Shown in pieces: positions 25,094 to 32,072 of a stretch of DNA of 58,914 nucleotides. Each line of letters begins with the position of its first letter. Positions within the stretch are counted from its first letter, which is position 1. The stretch comes from a virus. Below the pieces are notes generated by a model, which was not told the DNA's origin, made no database searches, and worked only from the letters and a program-made list of their open reading frames with translations. The position numbers were made by a program, and so were the translations under genes. The stretch spans positions 1-58,914 of the IMG/VR virus record IMGVR_UViG_3300023283_000071; one strand, written 5' to 3'.

Positions 25094-25608
25094 CGCGTGA
25101 GCCGAGCGATGTCCTGCGGCTCGACGCCCATGTCCAGCATGAGCGCACTGGCTTCCTTGACCGAGAGAGGCCTGGCCTGCTCTATCGGCCGCTCCCGCCA
25201 TACGCCATCACCGCACATGCGGTCGTGCGCGCCGCGCGCGCCGCCGTTGACGTGCTGGTAGTAGTAGTTGTCGTTGCCGACCCGCACGACTCTCCGCGTC
25301 GAGAACTCGCCCTCGTCCTCGGCCAGGATCTCGCCGTCGGCGAGCGCCTGCTCCTGGAGGTCGCCGAGCGTGGGGATGGCGTAGGTATCCCTCTCCTCCT
25401 CGACGATCTCGCCCTCCTCGTCCTCCCGCCACACGCGGACCTCCACGTCCGCGCAGCCGCCGTACACGTCCTCCGTCCCCTCCTGGGCGGCGTCCCAATC
25501 GCCCTCGGCGGCCCACTCCAGGGCGGCGTCCATCGCCGCCTCGATGCTCTCGGCCTCGATCTCGTCCGAGCCGCAGTCGCCATCCAGCTGCATGTAGTAG
25601 GTGCTCAT
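25090..25608 (-). CDS. Hypothetical strongly acidic protein (candidate DNA mimic or anti-restriction protein; speculative)
   Basis: ATG at 25608. By my count about 34 D/E against 4 K/R in the first ~106 residues. Confidence 0.6.
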   Translation of the reverse strand: MSTYYMQLDGDCGSDEIEAESIEAAMDAALEWAAEGDWDAAQEGTEDVYGGCADVEVRVWREDEEGEIVEEERDTYAIPTLGDLQEQALADGEILAEDEGEFSTRRVVRVGNDNYYYQHVNGGARGAHDRMCGDGVWRERPIEQARPLSVKEASALMLDMGVEPQDIARLTR

Positions 25609-25639
25609 GTCGTGTCTCCTCTCTCTCTCGTTGGTGGGG

Positions 25640-26140
25640 TCACAGCAGGCCACGTTCGGCGAACGAGGTGCTGACCCCGGCGCCGATCACGAAGTGATCG
25701 AGCACGCGCACCTCGACGAGGCCGAGCGCGTCCTGGAGCCGCCGGGTGAGGGCCCGATCCGCCTGGCTCGGCTCGGCGACGCCGGAGGGGTGGTTGTGGG
25801 CCAGGATCACCGCCGCCGCGTTGTGGCGGAGCGCGCGCTTCACCACCTCCCGCGGGTGCACCGAGGCGCCGTCGATGGTGCCGCGGAACAGCTCCTCGAA
25901 GCGGATGACCCGGTGCCGGTTGTCGAGGAACAGGCAGGCGAACACCTCGTGCTCGAGCGCCTCCAGGCGGAGGCGCAGGTAGTCTCGGGTCTCGCTCGGG
26001 CTCGAGAGTTGCGGGCGGTCTCGGAGCGCCGCGGCCCGTGACTCGAGGATGTGCAAAGCCTGCGCGATTGCCTCAGCCTCGGCCGGGGTCAGGTTCGTGC
26101 CGGGGGTGTACTCGGCTGCATCTTCTGATCTCGCCTGCAT
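25640..26140 (-). CDS. radC: RadC-like JAB/MPN domain protein
   Basis: [43 protein letters not shown] is the canonical RadC JAMM block. ATG at 26140. Confidence 0.85.
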   Translation of the reverse strand: MQARSEDAAEYTPGTNLTPAEAEAIAQALHILESRAAALRDRPQLSSPSETRDYLRLRLEALEHEVFACLFLDNRHRVIRFEELFRGTIDGASVHPREVVKRALRHNAAAVILAHNHPSGVAEPSQADRALTRRLQDALGLVEVRVLDHFVIGAGVSTSFAERGLL

Positions 26141-26160
26141 GTCGTGTCTCCTCTCTCTCT

Positions 26161-26214
26161 CGTTGGTGGTCACGCGGCAGCGCCCCCCAGCGGGGGACGC
26201 TGCGACCTGATCAC
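26161..26214 (-). promoter_or_regulatory. Intergenic hairpin-leader cassette, copy C
   Basis: cgttggtggtcacgcg GCAGCGCCCCCC agc GGGGGACGCTGC gacctgatcac. The stem is 12 bp with one mismatch (26177-26188 / 26192-26203). Confidence 0.75.
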
Positions 26215-26936
26215 TAGTCCCCGCAGCCACCGCGCACGCGCCGGCTGCCGGTCTGATACGCTCGCCAGGTGTAGCCGCAGGGCAGGTACACCTCCTCGTG
26301 CTCGGGGTGCTCGACTACGATCCCGCCGAGCCGCCGGTGCGGGCGCATCGAGTGTCGCTCGGTGCCGGTCCCGGCGAGATCGTCGGTCAGCGTGGCGATC
26401 TGGGACTCGGCCGCCGCCGGGCGCTCGCACTCGCGCCCGACCAGCCAGACGTCGCCCTGGCGCAGGATCATGGCGTCGAGGCGCCCGCGCGCGCCCCGCA
26501 CCTCGCGCGGGGTGATCTCCTCCAGCGCCTGGGGCACCGTGCGGGCTGCCGCGCTCACGCGCTCGACCCACGGCTGCCCGTCGTCGGTGCCGCAGATGTA
26601 TGAGATGGTCGCCGGCCACGAGCCGACCTGCGGCGAATAGTACCTGTGCCCTTCGGCGCGGAGCAGGCAGCACCCGCCTGGTCCGCGGCCGGCCACCTGG
26701 AGGCGCTGCTCGCCGTGGCGCTCCTGGATGGCGGCGGGGAATCCCGCCGCCTCGATCACCGGCTCCCAGCGCGCGACAATGCGCGCGTCGAGCCGCTCGC
26801 GGAGGCTGGGCGGGCTGCGGAGGGTCGCTCGGCGGTTGCGCTCGCGCCTCACGCGGCGGGCGCGGCGGATCGGCTGCCCGTACTTACGGGCGAGCCGCGC
26901 AGAGTCGTCCGGCCAACGATAGATTGCGTTCGTCAT
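26214..26936 (-). CDS. Hypothetical protein
   Basis: ATG at 26936 ([11 protein letters not shown]...), preceded by cassette-type leader D. No family recognised. Confidence 0.6.
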   Translation of the reverse strand: MTNAIYRWPDDSARLARKYGQPIRRARRVRRERNRRATLRSPPSLRERLDARIVARWEPVIEAAGFPAAIQERHGEQRLQVAGRGPGGCCLLRAEGHRYYSPQVGSWPATISYICGTDDGQPWVERVSAAARTVPQALEEITPREVRGARGRLDAMILRQGDVWLVGRECERPAAAESQIATLTDDLAGTGTERHSMRPHRRLGGIVVEHPEHEEVYLPCGYTWRAYQTGSRRVRGGCGD

Positions 26937-26950
26937 GATGCTGCTCCTCG

Positions 26951-27004
26951 TGGTGGTGGGTGGTACGCGGCAGCCCGCCCGAGGACGGGCTGCGACCTGA
27001 TCAC
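26951..27004 (-). promoter_or_regulatory. Intergenic hairpin-leader cassette, copy D
   Basis: tggtggtgggtggtacgcg GCAGCCCG cccgagga CGGGCTGC gacctgatcac. Stem 26970-26977 / 26986-26993. The stop at 27001-27003 lies inside the flank. Confidence 0.7.
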
Positions 27005-27522
27005 TCGGCGGCGTGCTGCTCCACCGCGCGCGCCGCGCGAATCTTCCCGGCACGGCCGCCGCGCGCGAACATCCAGTCGCACCAGTCCGCGAGTGTGGCC
27101 CCCTGCTGGGCCCGGTACTCGGTCGGGTGGGGATGCGCGGCGACAGCGTCGCGAGCGGACGCGAGCCGCTCCTGAGCCGCAGCGATCCGCGCGTCATCGC
27201 GAGCGTGGCGCTGCTCGCGCTGTATGCGCCGCCGCTCGCGGTCGAGCGTATTGTCGCCGAGGTCCTTCGCGGCAGCGGACGCCCGGCGGATGCAGTCGCA
27301 GCCCACCTCGAACTCGTTGCCGTTCGAGGCGCGGACCGCCCAAATCTCGGCGATCCCCTGTCCGCAGTAGTGGCAGGAGCCCATCGGCTGCCCGGGGCTG
27401 CCGATGGTCACGGTCACGCCGCCCCGCTCGTACACGATGGGGCCGCGGCGCTCCGTGACGCCGATGATACGGTAGGGCGGCGGGCCGAGGCCCGCCCGGG
27501 CGAATGGGTGGTCGGATGTCAT
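27001..27522 (-). CDS. Hypothetical protein with CxxC...CxC
   Basis: ATG at 27522 (MTSDHPFARAG...). Contains SCHYCGQG...GCDC. Confidence 0.6.
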   Translation of the reverse strand: MTSDHPFARAGLGPPPYRIIGVTERRGPIVYERGGVTVTIGSPGQPMGSCHYCGQGIAEIWAVRASNGNEFEVGCDCIRRASAAAKDLGDNTLDRERRRIQREQRHARDDARIAAAQERLASARDAVAAHPHPTEYRAQQGATLADWCDWMFARGGRAGKIRAARAVEQHAAE

Positions 27523-27540
27523 CTCCTCTCCTCGTCGGTG

Positions 27541-27590
27541 GTGGGTGGTCACGCGGCAGCCCGCCCGGAGGCGGGCTGCGACCTGACTCC
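27541..27590 (-). promoter_or_regulatory. Intergenic hairpin-leader cassette, copy E
   Basis: gtgggtggtcacgcg GCAGCCCGCC cgga GGCGGGCTGC gacctgactcc. Perfect 10-bp stem (27556-27565 / 27570-27579). Confidence 0.75.
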
Positions 27591-27672
27591 CTCAGTCGAA
27601 GCCCTCGTCCTCGTCGTCCGGCCGGAGGCGCTCGACTGCGGCCCGCGCCCCGCGCCGGGCCCTCCTGATATA

Positions 27673-27756
27673 TCAGCAGTAGGGAATCGCCACCATCACG
27701 CCGGCGAGCGCCAGCGTGAGGGCGACGAGAGCGCGGGCGAGGCCGAGCGAGATCAT
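27673..27756 (-). CDS. 27-aa hydrophobic micro-protein, possibly 54 aa if the in-frame TGA is read through to 27592
   Basis: Not in the ORF track because it is under 60 aa. ATG at 27756 shares one nt with the upstream TGA. Sequence MISLGLARALVALTLALAGVMVAIPYC, then TGA, then 26 more sense codons (YIRRARRGARAAVERLRPDDEDEGFD) with 24/26 G/C at the third position, ending at TGA 27594-27592 just before cassette E. Confidence 0.45.
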   Translation of the reverse strand: MISLGLARALVALTLALAGVMVAIPYC

Positions 27757-27983
27757 CACTCGCCCTCGACGGCCTCCGCTCGGTCGGCGCGGAGCACGCC
27801 GTCCGCGTCGAGGAAGAGGTCGGCGACGAGGTCGCCGTGCTCGAGGTCACCGACCTCGAGCCAGTCGAGCGCCTCGAGCTCGTCCCAAGGCTCCTCGGAG
27901 CCGAGCGGGACGGGCCCCGGCGTCACGCGGTCGGGGGAGTATCCGTAGTTGTCGGCCGTGGGGCCGCGGTAGAAAATAGCCAT
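27756..27983 (-). CDS. Hypothetical small acidic protein
   Basis: 75-aa ORF preceded by cassette F leader (AAGGAGAACACAATG). Confidence 0.6.
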   Translation of the reverse strand: MAIFYRGPTADNYGYSPDRVTPGPVPLGSEEPWDELEALDWLEVGDLEHGDLVADLFLDADGVLRADRAEAVEGE

Positions 27984-28000
27984 TGTGTTCTCCTTCGTTG

Positions 28001-28080
28001 GTGGTGGGTGGTCACGCGGCAGCCCGCCCGGAGGCGGGCTGCCTCAGTGGAGGGCGCGCTACCTCGGGCGCGCCCTCCAC
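28001..28080 (-). promoter_or_regulatory. Intergenic hairpin-leader cassette, copy F, plus a second 13-bp hairpin spanning the upstream stop codon
   Basis: GCAGCCCGCC cgga GGCGGGCTGC (28019-28042), identical to copy E. It is followed by GTGGAGGGCGCGC tacctcgg GCGCGCCCTCCAC (28047-28080), which covers the TAG at 28059-28061. Confidence 0.7.
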
Positions 28081-28250
28081 TCCTCGGGGTGCGACCCGTC
28101 CGGGTCGCACTCACGACCGTCCGGGAGCCGGTACGTCCGGCTCCCGGTCTCGGCGAAGGTCAGCTCGCCCGGCGCGCGGGCGAGCCGAATCTCCACCACG
28201 ACGCCGTGCTCGGCGTCGTGGTACTCGTAGCAAGAATATTCTGTGGCCAT
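28059..28250 (-). CDS. Hypothetical small protein, first gene of the leftward early operon
   Basis: ATG at 28250 (MATEYSCYEYHD...). In-frame alternative ATGs at 28268 and 28289 were created by the 21-bp duplication. Confidence 0.55.
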   Translation of the reverse strand: MATEYSCYEYHDAEHGVVVEIRLARAPGELTFAETGSRTYRLPDGRECDPDGSHPEEWRARPR

Positions 28251-28289
28251 GTGGTCTCCTCGCTTCATGAGGTGGTCTCCTCGCTTCAT
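28251..28289 (-). repeat. 21-bp tandem duplication carrying a Shine-Dalgarno sequence plus ATG
   Basis: Minus strand reads ATGAAGCGAGGAGACCAC twice (28289-28272 and 28268-28251) with a 21-nt period. Confidence 0.85.
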
Positions 28290-28441
28290 CGTCAGGGGCT
28301 CGCGGTGCGAGCCGGAGTGAGAGACAACGAGCGCCCCGCGCTCGACGAGGGGGGATACTGCTTTCCAGACAGTGACTTGCGGCTGCTGCCGTTCCATCGG
28401 TTCGCCTCAGCGGTGGGCGTTCCAGGTGTCTCTGGGGAGAG

Positions 28442-28470
28442 AGTATAGACGGCCGAAAGGCAACGGTCAA
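28442..28470 (-). promoter_or_regulatory. Sigma70-like promoter for the leftward small-gene operon
   Basis: Minus strand reads TTGACC (28470-28465), a 17-nt spacer, then TATACT (28447-28442). The -35 element lies inside a 12-bp tandem repeat. Confidence 0.5.
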
Positions 28471-28480
28471 GGCAACGGTC
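28457..28480. repeat. 12-bp direct tandem repeat (x2) overlapping the -35 element; candidate operator
   Basis: AAGGCAACGGTC AAGGCAACGGTC, an exact repeat. Confidence 0.8.
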
Positions 28481-29100
28481 GTGTGCGTCATACCGCGCGG
28501 ATAGTGGCGGGAGATGCGCGAGATCAGTACCATACGGGTCGTTCGCTCGGCCGGGCCGCGCTCCCGGCCTGGGCCTCCGGCTCCCCGCCGGCAGGTCCTC
28601 GCCGGCCCCTCGCTCGTCGTCGCCAGCGGCTGGCGCGTAGGTGGTGCGCGCCAGGACGACGATGGCGCGCCCGGCCGGGCGGACGTCTGTGTGCACCCAG
28701 CGGCCGACTGGCTCCGCGGAGGCCGCGGAGGCCGCTGGTTCGCAGAATCGTCATTATGTCAAATCCTCGCCCGCCCCGAATCTCTCGGTGCCGCGGGCTG
28801 TTACGCTCATCTGCTCACGTACTGTCTCACGTCATCACGGTGCGCGTGTCGCATCCAGGACAGGATCGTCCCGGCACGCCGCCGCTCAAGCCGCATATCT
28901 CTGCGCGAGCTCGACCACGAGCAGCTCGCCGAGCGCCGGCCGGAGGTGCGGGCCGGAGGTGAGGGCGCCGTGGGGGGAGGGGCGGCCTGGCCGGGGCCGA
29001 GGGGAAGGTGTCGGGCGCGCGCGGAGGGGGGGGGGTGGGGGAGCCCGCGCGGGTCCCATCGCGCGTCTACTATCATATGATTCCTGCCTCACTCGCAGCC

Positions 29101-29129
29101 TTGCAAGAATCCAAGATTCTCTGTACCAT
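29101..29129 (+). promoter_or_regulatory. Sigma70-like promoter for the rightward small-gene block
   Basis: TTGCAA (29101-29106), a 17-nt spacer, then TACCAT (29124-29129). The spacer contains the inverted repeat GAATC-caa-GATTC. A leader hairpin TCGCCTC/GAGGCGA lies at 29139-29158. Confidence 0.45.
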
Positions 29130-29184
29130 CCCTTACATTCGCCTCCATCGCGAGGCGACCCAACCGCGACGGAGCGATGAAGAA

Positions 29185-29709
29185 GTGAAACACGCGACTG
29201 GTCGCCTGCTGCTCCGCGTCTCCGACCGCCTACGGGTCCGGGAGATCCTCATCGGAGGGCGGCCCTACCTCGAGCGTTACTACCTCGGCCGCCTCGGGCC
29301 GGTGACGCTCTACCTGCACCGCTTCCTCGGCCGGGACGGAGAGCGCCAGGTGCACGACCATCCGTGGACCTGGTCGGTCGGGATCCCGCTGGTCGGCGGG
29401 TACACCGAGGAGCGGTTGCTCTGGCTTTGTCCGCACGAGGGCTGGCGCTCGGTCATGCGCCGGGTGCGATGGTTCGCGCCGAACGTGATCACCGCGCGCA
29501 CCTTCCACCGGGTGGCGCGGGTTGAGCCGGGCACGTGGACGCTGTTCGTACACGGTCGCAGGGTCAAGGGGTGGGGGTTCCTCGAGCGCGAGCACGCCGG
29601 CGTGCGCTACCACCAGCCGTACGACGTCTGGGCGTCGGCGGAGTGGACCCGGAACGCGCCGACCGGGCGGGAGATGCGCGAGCGGCCAGAGGAGCGCGGC
29701 GATGGCTGA
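29185..29709 (+). CDS. Hypothetical protein (HDHPW motif)
   Basis: Track ORF 29008..29709 trimmed to the GTG at 29185, downstream of GGAG. The upstream part crosses the promoter and the G-tract. Confidence 0.55.
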   Translation: MKHATGRLLLRVSDRLRVREILIGGRPYLERYYLGRLGPVTLYLHRFLGRDGERQVHDHPWTWSVGIPLVGGYTEERLLWLCPHEGWRSVMRRVRWFAPNVITARTFHRVARVEPGTWTLFVHGRRVKGWGFLEREHAGVRYHQPYDVWASAEWTRNAPTGREMRERPEERGDG

Positions 29710-30037
29710 CGATGGGCGCCCCCTGCGCATGTACATGGGGTACGACGCGGTCCCGGGGGGAGGGGCGTGCCTCGTGTTCGCGCACACCGCACGCGAGGCA
29801 CGCAAACTGGCGTGGCCGATACTGTCGGACTGGTACGGCACCGACTTTATCGGCGCGCGCGCGAAGTGGCTCCGCGATGACGAGTTCGGTTACCTGCGTG
29901 ATTCGGCCCGAAGCGACCAACCGCACGCGATAGCTTATCCGCCCTTTTGCGACTCCTGTGAGCGGTGGGGCGTGGGCGTCCTGGACGCTGGGGGCCTGTG
30001 TGCGGATTGCCGACAGGAGGCTGATGACGATGGCTGA
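29702..30037 (+). CDS. Hypothetical protein with a C-terminal CxxC...CxxC
   Basis: ATG at 29702 overlaps the upstream 3' end. MADDGRPLRMYMGYD...FCDSCERWG...LCADCRQE. Confidence 0.55.
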   Translation: MADDGRPLRMYMGYDAVPGGGACLVFAHTAREARKLAWPILSDWYGTDFIGARAKWLRDDEFGYLRDSARSDQPHAIAYPPFCDSCERWGVGVLDAGGLCADCRQEADDDG

Positions 30038-30097
30038 CGCCGACCGAATCGCTGAGTTGAAGCGCAGCTTTCGGCTGTAGCGAGCGAGGGGCCAGAG

Positions 30098-30559
30098 ATG
30101 AGAGATGCGTTCCGCAAGCCCATCCTTTGCCTCGACTTCGATGGTGTTCTGCACTCCTACACGAGCGGTTGGAGGGGTGCGCGCTGCATCCCGGACGAGC
30201 CCGTGCCGGGGATGCTGCGATTTCTGGTAGAGGCGCAGGATCACTTCGAGGTCTGCATTCTGTCGAGCCGGAGTCATCAGTTCGGCGGACGTCGCGCGAT
30301 GAAGCGATGGTTGCGACGGCATCTCGCGGCCGCGGCTGACGGTGCGGAGCCGTGGGCTGAGGGGCGTGCGCTCGAGGTTGGGGCGATGACGTGGGAGCCG
30401 GATATGGGCCGGCTCTGGGCCGCCGAGGTCGTGAAGCGTATCGGGTTCCCTCGCGAAAAGCCTCCGGCGACGGTGACGATCGATGATCGCGCCATCACGT
30501 TCGACGGGACGCCTCCTTGCATCAAGACTTTGCGAGCGTTCCGTCGCTGGAACAGGTGA
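30098..30559 (+). CDS. HAD-superfamily phosphatase-like protein
   Basis: N-terminal ILCLDFDGVLH (DxDx[T/V] motif I), followed by TIDDRA near the C-terminus (motif IV-like). Confidence 0.6.
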   Translation: MRDAFRKPILCLDFDGVLHSYTSGWRGARCIPDEPVPGMLRFLVEAQDHFEVCILSSRSHQFGGRRAMKRWLRRHLAAAADGAEPWAEGRALEVGAMTWEPDMGRLWAAEVVKRIGFPREKPPATVTIDDRAITFDGTPPCIKTLRAFRRWNR

Positions 30560-30570
30560 GGGCCTCTGAT

Positions 30571-30720
30571 ATGGCGATGACTGGCATCCACATCACCGAA
30601 GCCGACATCACCGGGAGCCATGTAAGCGAGAAGTACGAGACGGTGAATGGCGCACCGATCCGCATCCTCGCCGCGCGCGAGCCGGGGCCGGGGCAGAATG
30701 AAGACGCCGAAGGAGAATAG
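30571..30720 (+). CDS. Hypothetical small protein
   Basis: ATG at 30571 within track ORF 30517..30720. Confidence 0.4.
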   Translation: MAMTGIHITEADITGSHVSEKYETVNGAPIRILAAREPGPGQNEDAEGE

Positions 30721-30722
30721 AG

Positions 30723-31007
30723 ATGAGTGGAGGCCATTGGGATTACGTCCAACAGAGAATTCAAAACGACCTTGAAACGGTTGCACAAGACCCAGAAGTC
30801 CAGCAACGCTGGCCAATGCTTGCGCAGATGCTTGGAGAGCTTAGCGAATCTCTGTACGAGACTCTGCGCGCAATGGACTGGGACCTCAGTTACGACAGTC
30901 CTATCCCAGACGACACGGCTTTCGATCAGCAGGCAGTTGAAGCCCTGCTTGATATCATTCTAAAGCCGCGCCTAACGAGGTCTATCGGGCCGGAGGACAG
31001 ACTGTGA
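30723..31007 (+). CDS. Hypothetical protein
   Basis: 94-codon ORF in a locally less GC-rich stretch. Confidence 0.55.
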   Translation: MSGGHWDYVQQRIQNDLETVAQDPEVQQRWPMLAQMLGELSESLYETLRAMDWDLSYDSPIPDDTAFDQQAVEALLDIILKPRLTRSIGPEDRL

Positions 31008-31045
31008 GCAAGCGCAAAGGACGGGCGGTCACTTAGGAGACTGAC

Positions 31046-31180
31046 ATGAAACCGATGACCGACAAGCAGTTAGATTCGATTGCAAGGTGGCTCGCGAACA
31101 TGCTTCCGCGTCGTGTCTCATATTTCGCGTACATTCGTGTGCTCGCGGAAGCATCTTGGACTGCGTATCGTGGGAGGTAA
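31046..31180 (+). CDS. Hypothetical 44-aa protein (not in the ORF track)
   Basis: ATG at 31046, 6 nt after TAGGAGA. MKPMTDKQLDSIARWLANMLPRRVSYFAYIRVLAEASWTAYRGR. It fills the gap before the next gene. Confidence 0.4.
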   Translation: MKPMTDKQLDSIARWLANMLPRRVSYFAYIRVLAEASWTAYRGR

Positions 31181-31184
31181 ACGG

Positions 31185-31478
31185 ATGAAGCACATGTCCG
31201 AAAGCCAGGCCGCAGCCGCAGCCGTCGCCCTCGCGCCGACGAGCCCGCTGCTGGAGGAGCTGGTGGCGTTGCGCGAGCGCGCGGTGCCGGCGGCGCAGGA
31301 GGCGCTGCGGCGGGGGCTGCTGGACTTCGACGAGCTGGAGGATGTGAAGGGCGACTGTGGCACTCCGGCCTGCCTGCTCGGATGGGCAATGCGCGCCGGA
31401 GTGATCCAGTCCCTGCGCCGTTTCCTGTCGAAGAACATCCGGAGACTGAAGCGCGGGGAGGAGCACGGCGATGGATGA
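31185..31478 (+). CDS. Hypothetical protein
   Basis: ATG at 31185 preceded by GGGAGG. Confidence 0.55.
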   Translation: MKHMSESQAAAAAVALAPTSPLLEELVALRERAVPAAQEALRRGLLDFDELEDVKGDCGTPACLLGWAMRAGVIQSLRRFLSKNIRRLKRGEEHGDG

Positions 31479-32022
31479 GTCCCAAGCGCAGGCCCGGACG
31501 GGCTTTGCGGGACTGCCTCTGATGACCGAGTACGTCGATGGGCGGACGTGGCGCGTGCTGTCGCCTGTGTACAGGCCGGTGACCTACCGGCCGTCGATGC
31601 TCGCGGTCATCGACGCCGGCTATCGAGACCTGTTCATCTTGGACGGCGCGCTGCGGGTGCCGACCGTCGTCGTGCCGCACCTGTACGTGTCCGATTGGGC
31701 GAGCATACCGAGGCTGTTTTGGCGCCTGTTGCCTCCCGCAGGGGACGGGCCAGACTCGGCGTGGGGTCCTGCTGCAGTCATCCACGACGTGCTGTATTCG
31801 GGTGCTGGAGGCGTCAAGGTGACGCGCGCTCAGGGGGACGCCGTGTTCGACCTCGCGATGCGCGACCTCGCCGTGACGGACTGGAAGCGCGTGGCGATGT
31901 ACAAGGGGGTGCGCGTCGGAGGCTGGGTCGCGTGGAGGCGCTACAGGCAGGAGGCCGAGGGCAAGCGTATGCCAGCGAAGCTGAAGGTGATGGAGCGAGT
32001 GGAAAGGGATGTGCAACCCTAG
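31471..32022 (+). CDS. DUF1353-like protein
   Basis: YVSDWASIPRLFW....AAVIHDVLY...R..GDAVF resembles the (T/S)DxASIP...HD.LY pattern of that family. Confidence 0.5.
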   Translation: MDESQAQARTGFAGLPLMTEYVDGRTWRVLSPVYRPVTYRPSMLAVIDAGYRDLFILDGALRVPTVVVPHLYVSDWASIPRLFWRLLPPAGDGPDSAWGPAAVIHDVLYSGAGGVKVTRAQGDAVFDLAMRDLAVTDWKRVAMYKGVRVGGWVAWRRYRQEAEGKRMPAKLKVMERVERDVQP

Positions 32023-32072
32023 GCGGCATCTAACCGCAGGAGAAGCACGGAGATGTAGAATCGACTTCGCCC

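Noticed and set aside
25043-28080. Hairpin repeats as a CRISPR array.
   Set aside because: The copies are 0.45-1.1 kb apart, irregularly spaced and separated by protein-coding genes. No cas genes are present.
25043-28080. Hairpin repeats as integron attC sites.
   Set aside because: I see no integron integrase and no GTTRRRY/RYYYAAC core sites. Only the general idea of cassette boundaries is retained, as one hypothesis.
25043-28080. Hairpins as a CsrB/RsmZ-like sponge for the phage CsrA.
   Set aside because: GGA appears in the loops (GGAU, CGGA, GAGGA) only on the plus strand, which is antisense to the genes. On the mRNA strand the loops read AUCC and UCCG. I found no plus-strand promoter.
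28292-28696. 134-codon minus ORF, and the overlapping ORFs 28111-28533(-), 28372-28962(+), 28514-29080(+) and 28641-29180(+), as genes in the inter-promoter region.
   Set aside because: They cross the predicted promoter and leader, have Arg/Pro/Gly-rich translations and match no recognisable motif. The region is so GC-rich that third-position bias is high in several frames at once. They are left uncalled, though a small hidden gene is not excluded.
30030-30080. 16-codon ORF (MADADRIAELKRSFRL) starting with the same CGATGGCTGACG string as the gene at 29702.
   Set aside because: It is too short, has no Shine-Dalgarno sequence and sits in a 60-nt gap. It is probably a remnant of a local duplication.
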